This document shows positions 1 through 13,563 of a stretch of DNA of 64,000 nucleotides, one piece after another. The stretch is from Trypethelium eluteriae (lineage: Eukaryota): the NCBI GenBank assembly GCA_051942245.1, contig JAVECL010000027.1:1-64000 (forward strand), read 5' to 3'. Numbering within the stretch: position 1 is the stretch's first letter; every line of letters begins with the position of its first letter. Under the pieces are notes generated by a model that was given only the letters and a program-made list of their open reading frames with translations, did not search any database and was not told where the DNA came from. Both the position numbers and the translations under genes were made by a program.

Positions 1-1240
1 GCCCTAACCCCTCCTTCCGCGCCATTACCTCCGTAATACATCCTCGCATCCCTCTCACTCCTCGGCAGCTTACTCACCAACACATGCACATCGACCGCCG
101 CCGCCAACGCAGCCCCCAGCAGCGGCACCGACTGATTCGAAGCGAAGATCGAGGGCAGCGACTGCATCTCCATCGTACGTCCTACCTCGCGCCCACCGCC
201 AGCCGCCCTGTTCGAGGTCGCGGTGCCGGTGGCAGAAGTGCCAGGAGCGGGGAACGCAGAGGCGGAAGGGGAGGCGCTGTTGAGGAGAAGGACGCACGCG
301 TTGTGGGTGCGGGCGAGGTGGCGGAGAGAGCGGATAAACGTGGTCAGGATGTCGTGGCCGCCGGCGTAGTGGGCGCGGATGAGCGGCTGGATTATGCTTG
401 TGAGGTTGTCGATGAGGAGGAGGGCGGCCGGTCGAGGGGCGTCCTTGCCTTCGCCGCGGGCTCGGTCGTGAGCTTGGGTATGCGGCTGGGGCGTGGTGGG
501 GCGATGTGCTCCTGCAGGCGAATCTGTGGAGAGGTCCTCGTCCTCGTCTTCGCTGTCGGGGATTTCGGTGATATTTTGTTGTTTTGGTCTTGCCTTCGGT
601 GGTGACGTTGGACTTGCCCTGGGGTCTTGTGTCTGTGTCAATTTCTCGCTGAATTCGCGGACCGCATCCCTCAAGCCGGTGAAGTCGAAGACCGGCGTGA
701 TGCTAATTTTATCAAGTAGGTGAGCTGGTTCGTTATCGTGAGTTTCGCCATCTGGTGGAGATGGCGCTTTCTTTTCGCTGATAGCTGCCCTCGGATTCTG
801 TATTACGCTAGAATGGCGATTCCGAAGCCTGAGTCGAATGACATCGTTGAGTCTTAGAACATCAAATGAGCCAGTAGTATCGATGATTGTCGCTAGATTG
901 TTGGCAGATGAGAGTAGATGACTGGCGAGGACATGGTATGCGATCTACATAGAAGACCAGAGGGCTCAGAAGTTTGGAGAACAATTGTTTCGACATATCG
1001 AGCAGCACTGGCAAAGATCTCTGGGCAAGATTAATCAATGCGACTTACAAGAGTTTTTCCAGTCCCAGTATCCCCGCTCAAACAAGTTACACCCCCGTCC
1101 CCATAACTGAAGCCACCCACGAGTGCGTCGTCCAAAGCGATACAGTTTGTGCATACCTTTCGTTTCTTAACGGAATGACCGAAGCTCCCGCTAGGATTGT
1201 CGAGGATGGCAGATGCTAGATGCGGACGAGCTGCTGTCAT
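1..1240 (-). CDS. RAD51-paralog (RAD51D-like RecA-family) DNA repair protein, 3' end outside window
   Basis: ATG at 1240. Exon 1 gives ...LDDALVGGFSYGDGGVTCLSGDTGTGKTL (Walker A). GTAAGT intron ~1048-945. Exon 2 gives IAYHVLASHLL..ATIIDTTGSFDVLRL..LLLIDNL (Walker B-like) and stays open to position 1. Confidence 0.8.
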
Positions 1241-1862
1241 TATTGACCTTGTCCAATTGCACGAAGAGCCGCCCAGAAGTTTCACGGTGGACAGCGCGCT
1301 TGAGGATAAGCTTAGACACCTTAGTTTCCTAATGGGATATGCCGTGTGTGAGACGGAAATCGGGTCGAAGTACCAAATCACAACATGTCGTGAAATAGCG
1401 CTATCAGAAGAAATGCCCACCTGAAACGCTTCTAAGTCCGCATGACCACGTGTATGAACGTAGATATCTACGAAGAGCATAAAGAAATTTCGTCCACTAA
1501 CGAGGCCGTTTGATTGTCTCTGCATATCTAACTCTTGATACAAATGAGATATCTGCTATTTTGAGCATGCCATCTTGCTAGGTATCGTCCCAGGTGACCT
1601 ATGTACGAAGTGTCCTAGGCAAGGTAAGAGGGAATCGTAAAAGAAAGACTCGAGAAAGCAAATAAGAGTAAAAATCATCATCGACGCCTCATCACCCAAG
1701 CACTATCGCGTACTCCAGAATTCTTCCCGCTTGCATCCATGCAAGGATCAATTTAGTTGCAATCCAGTCATAGTCATCGCTAGCTCTGAGAGCATAGAAA
1801 GTTCTCTTCTCCAGACGCCCAAGTCAAGCCCCTAACTCCATCCCGGCCTTCGCTAGCGTTGT

Positions 1863-3961
1863 TCAACCGCGAATTTCAGGCCTTGGTCGTCTTCCGCCCC
1901 TCAAACTCTTAACGCGGCTAAGAAACCCACTTCCGCCTGCTGGGGGGGCCCTGGAAGAACCCTCGCCCACGCTATCAGCCGTGATACTCCTCTGCAAGGG
2001 CCTCGTTGGGCTGCTTGGAGCTCTGCTCCTTCCCATGTCACTTAGCAGTCCTTTCTTCGCCTCCGAGTCTGCTCTTGATCTGCCCGTTTCCTTCTCCTGC
2101 TCCGCAATCTTGATCGTCGTTCCCTTCTTCTCGTATGCGCCATCGTAGTCATCAAAGAACGGGTTGCGCTCATGCAATCTCGTTGTTCCTCCAGCACTCA
2201 ATGGACCGTGTGGACTCGTCTCTGGGCTCATGCTCCCACGCTCATATCGCGCTTCAGGAGAGATAACGCGTCCCTCTCCATAGCGGGGGCGAGGCTGGCT
2301 GATGCCGCGGATGCGTTGAGCGAGAGATTTCTTACGGGTAATGCCTCCGCCAGAGAGGCCCACGGGTACGGAACCGTGGTCCTCGGATTCGCGACGCTGC
2401 ATAGCAGAGCGCGAAGCGGGCGCGCCTTCTAAGAAAGTGCTGGTACCGAGACCGACGCTTTCTTCACCGTGAACAGGTTCGACGCGTTCGGACGGGTTGA
2501 AGCTGATCTGGCGGTCGCTCATCTCAGGTCGACGGGGCGCCCAGCGGTTCTCGGTTTCGGGTGCGTCGTGATAGTCAGTAAAGGCTTCCACGCCACGGCC
2601 GTGGAATTGGTCAAGGTTGACATTTTTGTTGACCGGACCGGCGCCTCCAAGGGCGTTATTGGCACTGCCGACCGGGAAAGCTTGCATGGGTGCCGCTCGA
2701 TCCTTCCTACGGTTGCGGTGAGGGTTACAGGCGTCAAATGGCCCATCATGGTGGAATACTAGAGATTTTATCAATTAATCTTGTCGCACGACCTAAGCAA
2801 GTACTTCGACTTACACCCAGGGCCATAAATCCCAGTCACATCCAACTTATCAATGACATCAAGGCCTTTTGGTTTTCTCGGTCGCCCCGGGCGACCTTCT
2901 TTGCGGCGTCTTTCTTCACGTTCTTTATGTCTCCTCTCACGCGCCGCGCGCTCTTCTTCTGTCATCTTTGGCCTGTCCATCACAGATGATTCGGAGTTGC
3001 GCCGTGGCCGTCTTGCTCTTTCCATTCGTTTCTCAGGGCTTGGCCGCCTCTTGTTTTCGGGGCTAGCAAAGATATTCAGTTCTTCTTTAGGCTTCCCGTC
3101 GCGACGGCGTTGATCCTCCTCGTCCGATCGTGTAGGTCGATGAGAGGTCGTGGGTAGGGTGTCGGCACGTTGGCTTGGCGCTCTGGGTTGCGAGGTGTTG
3201 CCTGGGAGTGTTACAAATAAATCTCGATTTTAAGATTTTCACGTGCGCCTTACCATTGGCTGCAGGCTTGTCGGTCAAACTCAACTCGTTCTGTGTTTTT
3301 GGATAGTTAGAAAACATGGCGGTAAACTGTTGGAATCTGGAGGTGACTGCGGCCATGGTGCGGTCGGTCGTTAGGAGCGGTGAAAGGTGTGTCAGGAGAG
3401 ATCAAGAAGTGATAAGGGGCATCCTGAGATGGCCAGCTTAAACTTGCAGCATGCTAGTGACACCCGCCCATCTCGAACCTTGTACCTGTGGAACATCTGC
3501 AAGGGGGGATAAACGTACGAAGAGGTCTACAGTATTGCCATTGTAGGCTGGCTTACTGATACCGGACGACAGGTTTTGTGCAGCGGCCATTGCCGTTGGA
3601 GACTGCGTCCGCCGATATTGAGTAGCAACAGGGCGATTATCGTCTCCAAACGGGTTGTCCAAAAAGGGGTTGTTAGATCGAGGTCGGTTTTGGCTGTTCG
3701 CGCTCGAAGGGGAGGGCGATGCGGCTCCCGGTGAAGTAGCCCTTCGAAAAGGATTATTTGATTTCAAGTCGATGGTCAAGCCAGGAGAAGGGCGACGTTC
3801 TGTATTGCGTGGAAAACGCAAAGTTTAGCTCTTCGTGCTGGTGAAAACAGGGTTGATGAAACGGCGATCGCCAGGAGACCAGGCGGTAGCACCTGGATCG
3901 CTGGACGCGCCGACCAGTGAGATGGTAACGTACCTGGCAATTGCACTGATTGCAGCGCCAT
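1863..3961 (-). CDS. pal1: Pal1 cell-morphology/endocytic protein
   Basis: Spliced Pal1-domain motif DVIDKLDVTGIYGP..FHHDGPFDACNPHRNR plus several NPF motifs. Introns ~3933-3800, ~3518-3291 and ~2814-2760. Start codon at 3961 inferred from splice phase. Confidence 0.85.
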
Positions 3962-4956
3962 GATCTGCACCACTCTATCCGCACAATGTTAGACGTGTCC
4001 AGTGATTTTGTGTCGTGGATGATTGCTGGGAAATCGCTGGTCAGGTTAACCTGGATGGCGGCGGTGGAGTGTTGGCGAGGGGCAACAAAGGCTTCGAGGG
4101 TCCTTCTTAGCCGAGCGGCAGCAAGACGGCACCGCGGCCCCAGGAATGCGAGCGAGGCACTGAGCAAGGCCTAGCAGATGCAAGGTCGAGGATGACTTGG
4201 CGAATTCGTCTTCAGTGCATGCCCGTACGAGCGAAAGGGAGAGAGGGAAGCGGAGGAAAGAGAAATAAATTTCCAGGTGGAGGGGACTTCCAATGCCATT
4301 AATGATCCCAGCAAAATGATTTGTACATTCAAGGTTGTCTTTGGCTAAGCGAAGCCTCGTGCCAGTCCCCTGGCTCGGTGGCTCTTCCCTTCACAAGATC
4401 GTCGCCGTGTTTCCTCGGGAGTTCTATGTGGAGGAAGGGCGTCGTCGATCGCAGCGCCAGATCAAGTTTCCAGCCTACTTTTTTCCACCTTTCCAGCCCA
4501 CTTGCGTGGTCAGACAGCCGGTTTATATCGACGATCGGCCTGGCTAAAACGCAGATTTTGTTTGCATCCCATGGAGTAGCCGCTTCATCCGCGGTCCATC
4601 TCTTACGTTACGACTCAGTTTTGTTCCGAGAAGATTACGTTCGGGTGCACTTTATGCGAGTGTTGTATAAGGCAGCGTAAACCCCTGGATGCGCACCCCA
4701 CATTGGGCCAGCGCGCAGCCCAGAAGCACGTTAGCGCTCGTCTTTACCGATTTCTCGGCTGACGGGTTCCTGGATTCCAGAATCGTTTCATCTATCCACA
4801 AGCCTCTGGGCGCCCCTGAATGCACTAGAGTACGGAGAGATCGCCCCGTCATCTTTAGGAAGTTAGGAGATACCTAGCCTTCGCTACGTGGGGGAACTTC
4901 TGGAGCTTCCCCCCAGCCAGCCACCATACCGCAGAGGCTGCCGAGAATAGGTGATC

Positions 4957-5404
4957 ATGACCGACGTCGCGGAACTTCAATACGGAGGCTTCAGCCGCTT
5001 TGAGCTCGAATTAGAGGTGCGGCATATTTGGAAGCATATGCCAAGTTGATAATGAGACGCTAACTTTTACTGTGCAGTTTGTCCAAGCTCTCTCCAATCC
5101 ATGGTATCTAAATTACTTGGCATCTCAAAAATACCTCGACGATCCAGCATTCGTGGCCTATCTCGACTATCTTCAATATTTCACCAAGCCTCAGTATCTC
5201 AAATACCTTTCGTATGTCCCTTATTGATCATCATGGTCTATGGAAATTTCTATCTAACGTTGACAATGTAGTTTTCCCGGCCCCACTCTGCGAGCTCTGG
5301 AGCTATTACAACAAGAGCGATTTCGCAAAGACATTCTTATGCCAGATACTGTTGCTCGTATGATTGAAGAGGGCGTCAAAGCGAGCGTTGGCGAGCGTAC
5401 TTAA
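4957..5404 (+). CDS. MED31: Mediator subunit 31 (Soh1)
   Basis: Three exons give ...[68 protein letters not shown]. Missed by the ORF track because of introns. Confidence 0.95.
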
Positions 5405-5633
5405 CTTGTAATTAGATTGATTATTGAGAGATACCCGGAGAGATTGTACTCTTGCTTGGCTTTAGCCTTTACTAAATGGCATGTCTATTTCAATGAAATG
5501 TTCAGCTCGACTTTCCATGCCTTCTCTTGGTGCTACTCGAGTGTATATGGAGACGGCGCAATAAATTTGGGTATCCTTGGCGTTCTGTTTTTCACCGAAT
5601 CGCCCTGCAATGCAAAAACAGTAAAGGTGCCAG

Positions 5634-6089
5634 TCAATCTCCCCTCCAGTGCCGCCGACAATTTGTGCACTGTGCTGCTGTGTCACTCAAATTCGAATCA
5701 TCCCAGGATGCTGTCAAATACCTTGTAGAATATAGTCGATGGCTCATCTGCGCTTCGAATCTGTATGGTCATGAAGTATGCCTCAGTCCCGTCGCATGCC
5801 TCGTGCGGACACTGTATCGCCGTTTTATCCACATTATCCCACGCCTTTGCGCCTCCCATGATATCTTCAATTTCCTTCTTCTTCATCGTGCGCCGTTCAT
5901 ACCAGTGGTACTCAATGGGCACCTCGTAGGAACACGTCCGACATTCGAAGCGACTCTTCCCTTGTCTCGCGGAGTCAAGATCCTCGTCCGGGAACTTGCC
6001 AATGGTGAGAAGATTAGAGCATTCGGGGCAGACTAAATCTTCGATCAATTCTGGTACTTCTGATGCTCAAACAACTCACAGAGAAGCAT
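5634..6089 (-). CDS. RPC11: RNA polymerase III subunit C11 (TFIIS-like)
   Basis: MLLFCPECSNLL..FECRTC N-terminal zinc ribbon. C-terminal ribbon with QIRSADEP..IFYK/CTNC..W. Two introns. Confidence 0.93.
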
Positions 6090-6528
6090 TTTTAGATCAA
6101 AAGTGGCTTGTCCCTCGTCAGAGGTCAACGATTAGCGACGATTTTCTTCGTATGCAGTCGCCCCGCGACGTTTTTAACGCGCAGACGCAGGGGCCTAGCG
6201 GCAGAATTCAGGGTCCGCATGGTTAAGGGTCTGCGCTGCGTCACCCATGTGCGGTGGGCATCAGTGGGCACGAGCAATGCTCCATGGAATAAGCCTCTTA
6301 CAACAAACATCAGCCTACCAAGCCGTGCAAGCCTACTATCACCCCTTACGCTTTCTCCACTGAGATTGAAAGCCTTCCCTCTACTTCTGTAGCAATCCTT
6401 CAACTGGTTTTGTCTCAGCACTCAGGCTCATTGGCTTAGAGCTATCGTCTGATTCCAACAACTGAATGAAAGGGGACACGCATGCGAAGCTGCCTTGAGG
6501 TATACACATCAACCAATCTGCGGCCTGG

Positions 6529-7240
6529 ATGGCAGACGAGGTAAAATAGCGCCCTGCGACTCCGATCACCCTGCTGGGATCAAATCAAGCTAATATTTCA
6601 TCTTTGCGGATTCTTAGGGTGCTAGCCCTCGGGAGCTTGTCCTTGAGGCCGCCCGCCGCAACAATACCGATCTCCTCCAAGAAATCTTCACCGAAATCCA
6701 CAAATCATACTCTAGTACGGCGGAGGACCGCATAGCTGAATTGCTCAACACAGCTGTGGATGGCATTGGAAGTAATGTGCTGCACGTAGCGGCTATAAAT
6801 GGAAGCTGTAAGTCGGGTTTGCAAGACTCTATCGTGGGATACAATGGCACGCAGAAAAGCCTGGCTGACGAGTACGTCGGCAACTTACAGATGAAGTCCT
6901 CGACGCTCTCCTTGACCAAGCCGGCGTCGAGACTGATCCGCTTGACCGCCTCGAGCGCGATACTCCACTCCACTCTGCCGTCCGCTACGTCAATAGTCTC
7001 TCCGCAGCTGACTGGCCGCACGGTCACCCAATTGTCGAGATCCTGATTGATGCAGGATGCGATCCGCGATCACGAAACAAGGCTAAGCTGAGGCCATTTG
7101 ACCTTGTGGATCCTAGGAATTCGGAATTGAGGGGTTTGCTACAGAAAGCAGAGTTTCAAATGATGGCGGGCGGAGATGTAGTGAATGAGGATGAGGAGGA
7201 GGAGGAGGGAGGGGCGGGAAGTGCGAGTGATGAGGGTTGA
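6529..7240 (+). CDS. Ankyrin-repeat protein with acidic tail
   Basis: MADE/GASPRELVLEAARRNNTDLL..GSNVLHVAA..RDTPLHSAV..LIDAGCDPR. Introns ~6541-6617 and ~6808-6890. Confidence 0.85.
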
Positions 7241-7564
7241 ATTTGGGGTCGCCATAGTTCTTTGATTGGCTCATTGTGCTGCAAAAGCGTGGGCAGGTAT
7301 AGACTTGATGATCTGGATATATCAAATGTGCTTGAGCTCTATTACAGAGTATTCGGGCGAGAACTGGACTGATCTGCTCAGCGGACGTGATGTGAGACTC
7401 TATCTAGTATGGCTACGCGAATTGCTTCGCGTGGATGAGATGAAACCATTTCATGGACTGTGATAACATGTGGCCGTAATATCCAGCGTACTGCAAGTTT
7501 ATGATGACAAAGCACTTAAGTTTACCCTTAGAAGATACCTAGGCAGCGGGCTAGGGCTTGTCTC

Positions 7565-7565
7565 A

Positions 7566-7596
<31 letters not shown>
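7565..7596 (+). repeat. (AAAG)n microsatellite
   Basis: About 8 perfect AAAG units, read directly. Confidence 0.9.
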
Positions 7597-8584
7597 GAGG
7601 GATAGTGTTCGGTCAGAACTCGTAATTTGCTTTCGTCGACAAGTCGAGATCTGTGGGCGCACACGCGGACTGGGCAGGCACCGGAGCTGCCTCTAGCCTA
7701 AGAAGGTGGGTGGCGTCGCTCGGTCGGGAGAGACGTTTGAGGATGGCGATGCAATCAAATCTCAGCAAGTTCGGACGCTCTTGTGAGTTGTCAGACACGG
7801 AGCAGGGTTTGAGTAGCTGGACGCAGGGCTCGAGGTCGCATTGGTTGGAAAATGCAGTCGACCCTAGAGATAACGATCTGGCGGGAATGAGGACGTTGAA
7901 GACAGAAACCACATCACACATCACCAGGTTGAGGGTGAGAGTCGGGAGGGTCTACCTAGAGACAGAGATGCCCGTCCAAGGCTTCCAACAGCTGGCTCGC
8001 GGCCCCCGTTTGCCTGCTCGTGCTTGTCTGTGGCCAGATAAGGCAATATCACAGCTCACAGAGTGAGAGGTAGCAGGGCGGAAGGGCCTAAATTGGAAAC
8101 TTTGCACGGACGGGGCGCATCCCGGCCTTCCCTTTGGGTCCCTACCTAATCAGTAGTAATCACTGCTATCACCCACATCACCCTAGGTATGGCTGGCATG
8201 GGTGGTATGGTCCCGCGCCCGCCGCCTGGCGAACTAGTCCACTAGCGCTGCCAGGGCTGATCATCAAACCGCACCACCGTGCTCTGCGACTCGAGTCCAT
8301 TGCAAACTCCCATCGTGATTCTTCTGCCTCCTCGTTCTGAACTTCTGAGCTTCTGCACTTCTGAACCCTGCCGCTCCTCCTCTGTTCGAGCTGTCCATTA
8401 CTGTCGGATCTTGCTCGCTCTACCAACTTCTTCTCTTCTTCCCCTCCCAGCCACCGACTTTGGCAAGTGTCCAAACCGCTGAGCACTTCCCCTCCACCCA
8501 CTCCACCCATGGAGGCTTGAGAGAACAATACCGACGCAGCCTCAACCTGACTCACCACTTCGCCCTAGCGGGCTGGAACTAGAA

Positions 8585-11500
8585 ATGAATGCGAGCGGCA
8601 TGGCAAATCTGCCAAACGGCGCACAAGTTCGCAATGAAATCCAGAACCACCTTCTTCGACAGCAAGCTGCTCCTCCACCAGGTTGGCAACAGACCACCGC
8701 CGTCACAGAGCGCGCCAACTCCGTCTTCACAATGTAAGTTGACCCCATCGGCCGTCAGCAGCGACCTTGTATCTGCTTTCCTTCCATCGTGCAACCTGTT
8801 TGTACAAAGAAAGTAAGCTTGCCGACCATGACTAACCGAGCCTCTCTCCGTAGTTACTCCCAGTTAATCCTACTACTGCCCAACGAAGCCGGAAAGTGCC
8901 TCAATATTGCTTTCACCTTCGAGAGCGAAGCCTTCCGAACCAGCTCATCCAAGGTGAGTCGATACAGCGGTTGCCTGAGTTAGGAGCGACGGGATCTCTG
9001 ACCATCACGCAGGAACAATATTTGCATGCTCTTGCTCAGAAGCAGGAACAGATTGCCCAGCAAAGGCAGAACAAGGCCGAGAAGAATGGCATGGCATTGG
9101 GGAACATGGCACAAATGGGCATGATGCCTCCTAATCAAATGCAAAATCCAATGGCTGGACAAGTACCTGCCCAGGCCGCCCAAGGCTTCAACCCTCAGCT
9201 ACAGCGACCAATGCAAGCGACTCCGCTTCCACAGAATCCTCAAAATCCCTACGCCCAGAGCCTACAGACCGCCGGCATGTCATCAACCCCCCAATCCAAC
9301 GCCCAGAACCTATCACATCAGCAACACCATCCCAATCCCGGCAATTTCACTCCTCAAGAGATACAACGAATCCAGCAGTTCGCCACAACCAAGATGCAAC
9401 AAATGTCACAAATGTCACAAGAGCAGCGAAGTGCATTCATGGCTAATCTCACGAACCACCAAAGACAAGACGTTCAAAGGTCAGGCGCCAATGCTCTTAT
9501 GAACTACTGGCGCCAGGCGGGCATGAAGCAGCTTCTGCAACTTAAGGCGAGCCAGCAACAGAACAACAGCAATCCTGCACCAGCGCAGAATATGATGGCT
9601 GGCATGGGTCCGATGCGAGGCTCACAGGCTGGATTTGGGCGCCCACAACAACAAATGCCCATAAGCCAGGGAACATCGAACAATTTCCAAGATGGTCAAG
9701 ACGTCAATGTTGCGCAAATCCTTGGTCAGCAAGCAGATGCCCAGAAATCTCAGGATGCTGGTCAGCTCGTAGTTCCTGCCAGTAACAACCCGGCTGGTGC
9801 TCCACAGATGACCGCTCAACAGTCTGTGGGTGGGCAAAACTCGATGCAGACTCAAATGTTCAACAATCAACCTTTCGCCAACCAGCAGAGTGCAATGCGT
9901 GCACAGCAACATTTGACCCAGACTCAGCAACTTCAAGCAGCTCAAGCAGCTCAGGCGAGAACTATGTCTCTACAGGGACAAATCGGTGGGCTGAACGGCT
10001 CCCAACCACCACAGCAAAGCCCAGCAATGCCGAATCTCAATCGACCCATGGTACCACCCGGTAGCAACACTCCACAACCACGGGCACAGCAGGGTGCTCC
10101 ATCAGGCATGCAATCGAGTCCCGTACCAATGGAAAATCGAATGTCTCAGCAAGGCCAAATGGGCTTTCCGAACCAGAACGGACCGAATGGCATGCAACTC
10201 TCTCGTGCCAATCTGATCCCATCAAACATCCAACCACATGTGCGACAACGGCTCATGATGTTGCCGGAGGCCCAGTTCCAAAGCACTCTACGGACGATGA
10301 CACAACCGACACCGCAGCAAATGGCAGCAAGGAACAATGGTAGCCAAGGACCTAACCAGCCTCAATTCCATATGCAACCCGGCCGACCTCAGATGCAGCA
10401 AAATCCTCTCCAACCCAATCAACAAGGACCAAACATTGGTGCACAACCGCAGCATGTCGCACCGGGGCAACATCCACAGCAGCCACAACCCAACAGAGCG
10501 CTGTCGAACATCCAGCAAGCATTCCTACACAACCCTGCTAAAATTGCGGAGTGGGACCAAAGGCCGTTTCCGCCGGCACTCAGGGCCAAGATCCCCAAAT
10601 TACCTGAGCACTGCCAGACTTGGGGTCAGGTCAAACACTTCGCGAACGCGTCGCCCCATACGTCGTTCATGAACAAAAGCCTACTCCAAGCCCAAAGCCA
10701 GCAATTTGAGTCGTTTTGCGTGGCAGTCCAACGACAACGTCAGGCATCGGGCATCAGTAGTGAAGGCCAAATGGGCAACATGGTAAATCCAAATGCCATG
10801 TCGATGCCTGCCAATGGACCTGCTCCACCTGCTCCAATGGTCGCACCAGGGCAGCAGCAAGTTCCACCACAAGCGAAAATGGCGATGCAGCCACAATTTC
10901 CGGCAAACGTCCCTCCAAATGTCCCCACAGTCACTGCACAGGAGATAGCGAACGTGCGCCAAAACAACGGTCAGAAAGTGGCAAACCTGACTGATGACCA
11001 GTTGCGGCAAATCATTTGGGCTGGCAAGGTGCGGACGTTGCAGAACAAGCAAGGCCAGGGCGTGGCTCAAGGAACAGGAAATGCAATGCATTCTCAACCT
11101 GGCCTTGCTCCAAATGCGCTCCAACAGCCTCGAGCACAGGCTCAACTCTCTGCAGCACAGGCGCAGCAGGTACCCAGGCCACAAGTCAAGCCCCAGACTG
11201 CACCGAAGGTCCCACAGCAAGCTGGTCCGGCCCAAATGCAGCAGAACCAGAGAGGTCAGAAGCGGCCATCCAGCAATGACGATGTCGTGGAGGTGCCGCC
11301 CCCTAAAGCTGTCAAGACAAATGAGGCTCCCAACATGCAGCAGTCGAAGTCTCAGCAGGGTAGTCAGCCGCAACAGATTGATCAACACCGTCCGCAGGCA
11401 ATGGCAAAGGCGCCTGCAAACGCAGGCAAGCAACAGAACCAGAGCACGAGTGCTTCTACTAGCACAAACGGACAGCCCGCCGCCCCGGCTAATTCGAACT

Positions 11501-13563
11501 TCGAAGAGAAGCGGAAATCGCGAGTCGCCTTACTTATGCAGGAGATTCGAGAGTCCATCACCAAGAACAGCACTGCCAGGAACTTGCGACAAGATCAACT
11601 TGATCAGCTGGACGCGATGTTGCAACAAAACAAGTCAATCATTGACCAATCCATTAGGAACGCTTACTACTACTGTGTTAAGACTGGTGACGAGGTTCTT
11701 AGTCGACAGGTTTTCCAACCGGTGAGTAACTCAAGTCTGTATCTGTTCTGTACCTCACTAATTATTTGACAGGTTATCCTTGCCAAGGTACTTCCTGAGA
11801 GTATTAGGACTGGTAGACCTCTCGCGTCACCTGCGGAGTTCGGCGCCGCCTTAACTGCAATAAATCAGTCCGTCAAGATCATGCATGAAAAATTGAGCGA
11901 GATCACCCAACAGGAGAAAGCGGGCAAACCACTAGCTGCTGTCCAGGGTGGTGCATCAGAGCCACAAACACAGCTCAATGCGGCCAATTTGAAGCAACAC
12001 CAGAAAGAAACAACTATGATGAGACAAGCGTCGCTTCACAAACGCAGTAACTCCAAGACCCCGTCTGCGCCTACTTCTACACAACCTCCCTTCCAATTTG
12101 GTGCTGGTGCTTCCTCACCACAGGGTGTTCCCGCTTATGGACCATCCAACGAGCTTACTTCAGACAAGCTCAAAATACCACCGATTAGGAAGCGTAAGGC
12201 GCAGGCAGGTAGCGCTGCCTCAACACCTGGTCAGCCGACTCCAGGCTCCATGACTTCACCACAAGTCACCAAGTCACCAGAGGTTAAGCGTGCTCCGGCT
12301 CCTGAGCCTGCGAAACCTGCCCCCCCGAAGAACGTATTCAAATGCCAAGAGAACGACTGTGACTACAAGGATCGCGGCTTTTCCACTCAACAAGAGTTGG
12401 AAAAGCACAAGACAGACATGCACCCTGTCATCGATGATCCCTTGGCCTTTGCCCTCAGTGCGGTCGCTGAGTGGGATGGTTGCAATCTGGATGGCACTCT
12501 CCAACAATCTAAGGCGGCGCCGCCAGCACCTAAGAAAAATTCAGGCAAGGATGCTAGCATCGACAAATTGAAGCCCACTAGTGTCACTTCCGCGAAAGCC
12601 GCCACCGCAACGCCCATGGCGCGCTCCGCTACTCAGCCCACCGCACAGGCTTCTCCAGCCAAGACACCGCTGAACCAGGCTAGTCTCAAGGCACAAACCC
12701 CAAGCTCCACTGCCTCGTTCGCACCGAAGACCATGTACACGCAATCGGGTGCGCCCGTCCGCGTTGGCAAGAAGGCGCAGGAGGCCATGGCTGATGCGCA
12801 ACGCGAATCCGACGCTCTCAACGAACGCATACACACGATGACACCGGCCGAGATCGACGAGGCTTCGAGCCGCATCGCGCGCGAGCTGCCTGAGGAGGAT
12901 GAGGAAGACGAGGAGGAACAGGCCACGAAGGATGAAGATCTCATGTACAAGCTCGACCTGTTCAATCGTCAGTGGGACGCAGAGCAAGCGGCGGCGAAAG
13001 AAGAGGCCGGCAAGAAGACGAAGAAGACGAAGGCCAGCGAGGAAGCTACTGCTACTGCTACTGCTGCCGCTGCCGCTGCCGCTGCTTCTGGACCGTCTCC
13101 ACCAGAGAAGACGCCGGAGCTGTCAAGTCCAAGCGCGAGAGATGACAGTCCGCGGAGCCAGAGGCTGGATGGGGTGACGCCTCCAGATCCCAGCAAAGAC
13201 GAAGCACTGCAGCTCCAAGGCGCGCTGAAGAGGAAACTGGGGGCCGAGGACGATGTCTTTTACCGCCGCCCATCTAAGGATGATGACGAGGCCGAGATCG
13301 AACGCATCTTCAAGCGTCCGCGCTACGACCCATGTGCTATTGATTACGAGAACCCGGAGATGCCTGAGAACATGTTCCCGCCGGGCACGGAGGCTGACGA
13401 CTTCTACGACCCTTATGGCCTCAAAGTTCGAGTGGACCGAGAAGACGAGATGATTTTGGACCAGGAGGATGACTATGGACGATACTTGTTTGATGAGGGG
13501 ATTTTTGCGAGTATCGACGATCCGGCTTGGGAGACTCTTGCGAAGTTGGAGGCGACATTGTGA
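8585..13563 (+). CDS. MED15: Mediator subunit 15 (Gal11-like)
   Basis: N-terminal KIX-like segment (PPGWQ..ERANSVF..AFTFESEAF..SKEQY), long Q-rich body, C2H2-like CQENDC..HKTDMH followed by DDPLAFAL. Introns ~8734-8853, ~8954-9012 and ~11722-11772. Confidence 0.8.

Noticed and set aside
1..10. CCCTAACCC at the window start, resembling a telomere repeat
   Set aside because: Only 1.5 units, and it lies in the open minus-strand frame of the RAD51-paralog (..GGVR).
13046..13086. GCT/GCC trinucleotide run
   Set aside because: Ordinary poly-Ala/Thr coding tract inside MED15.
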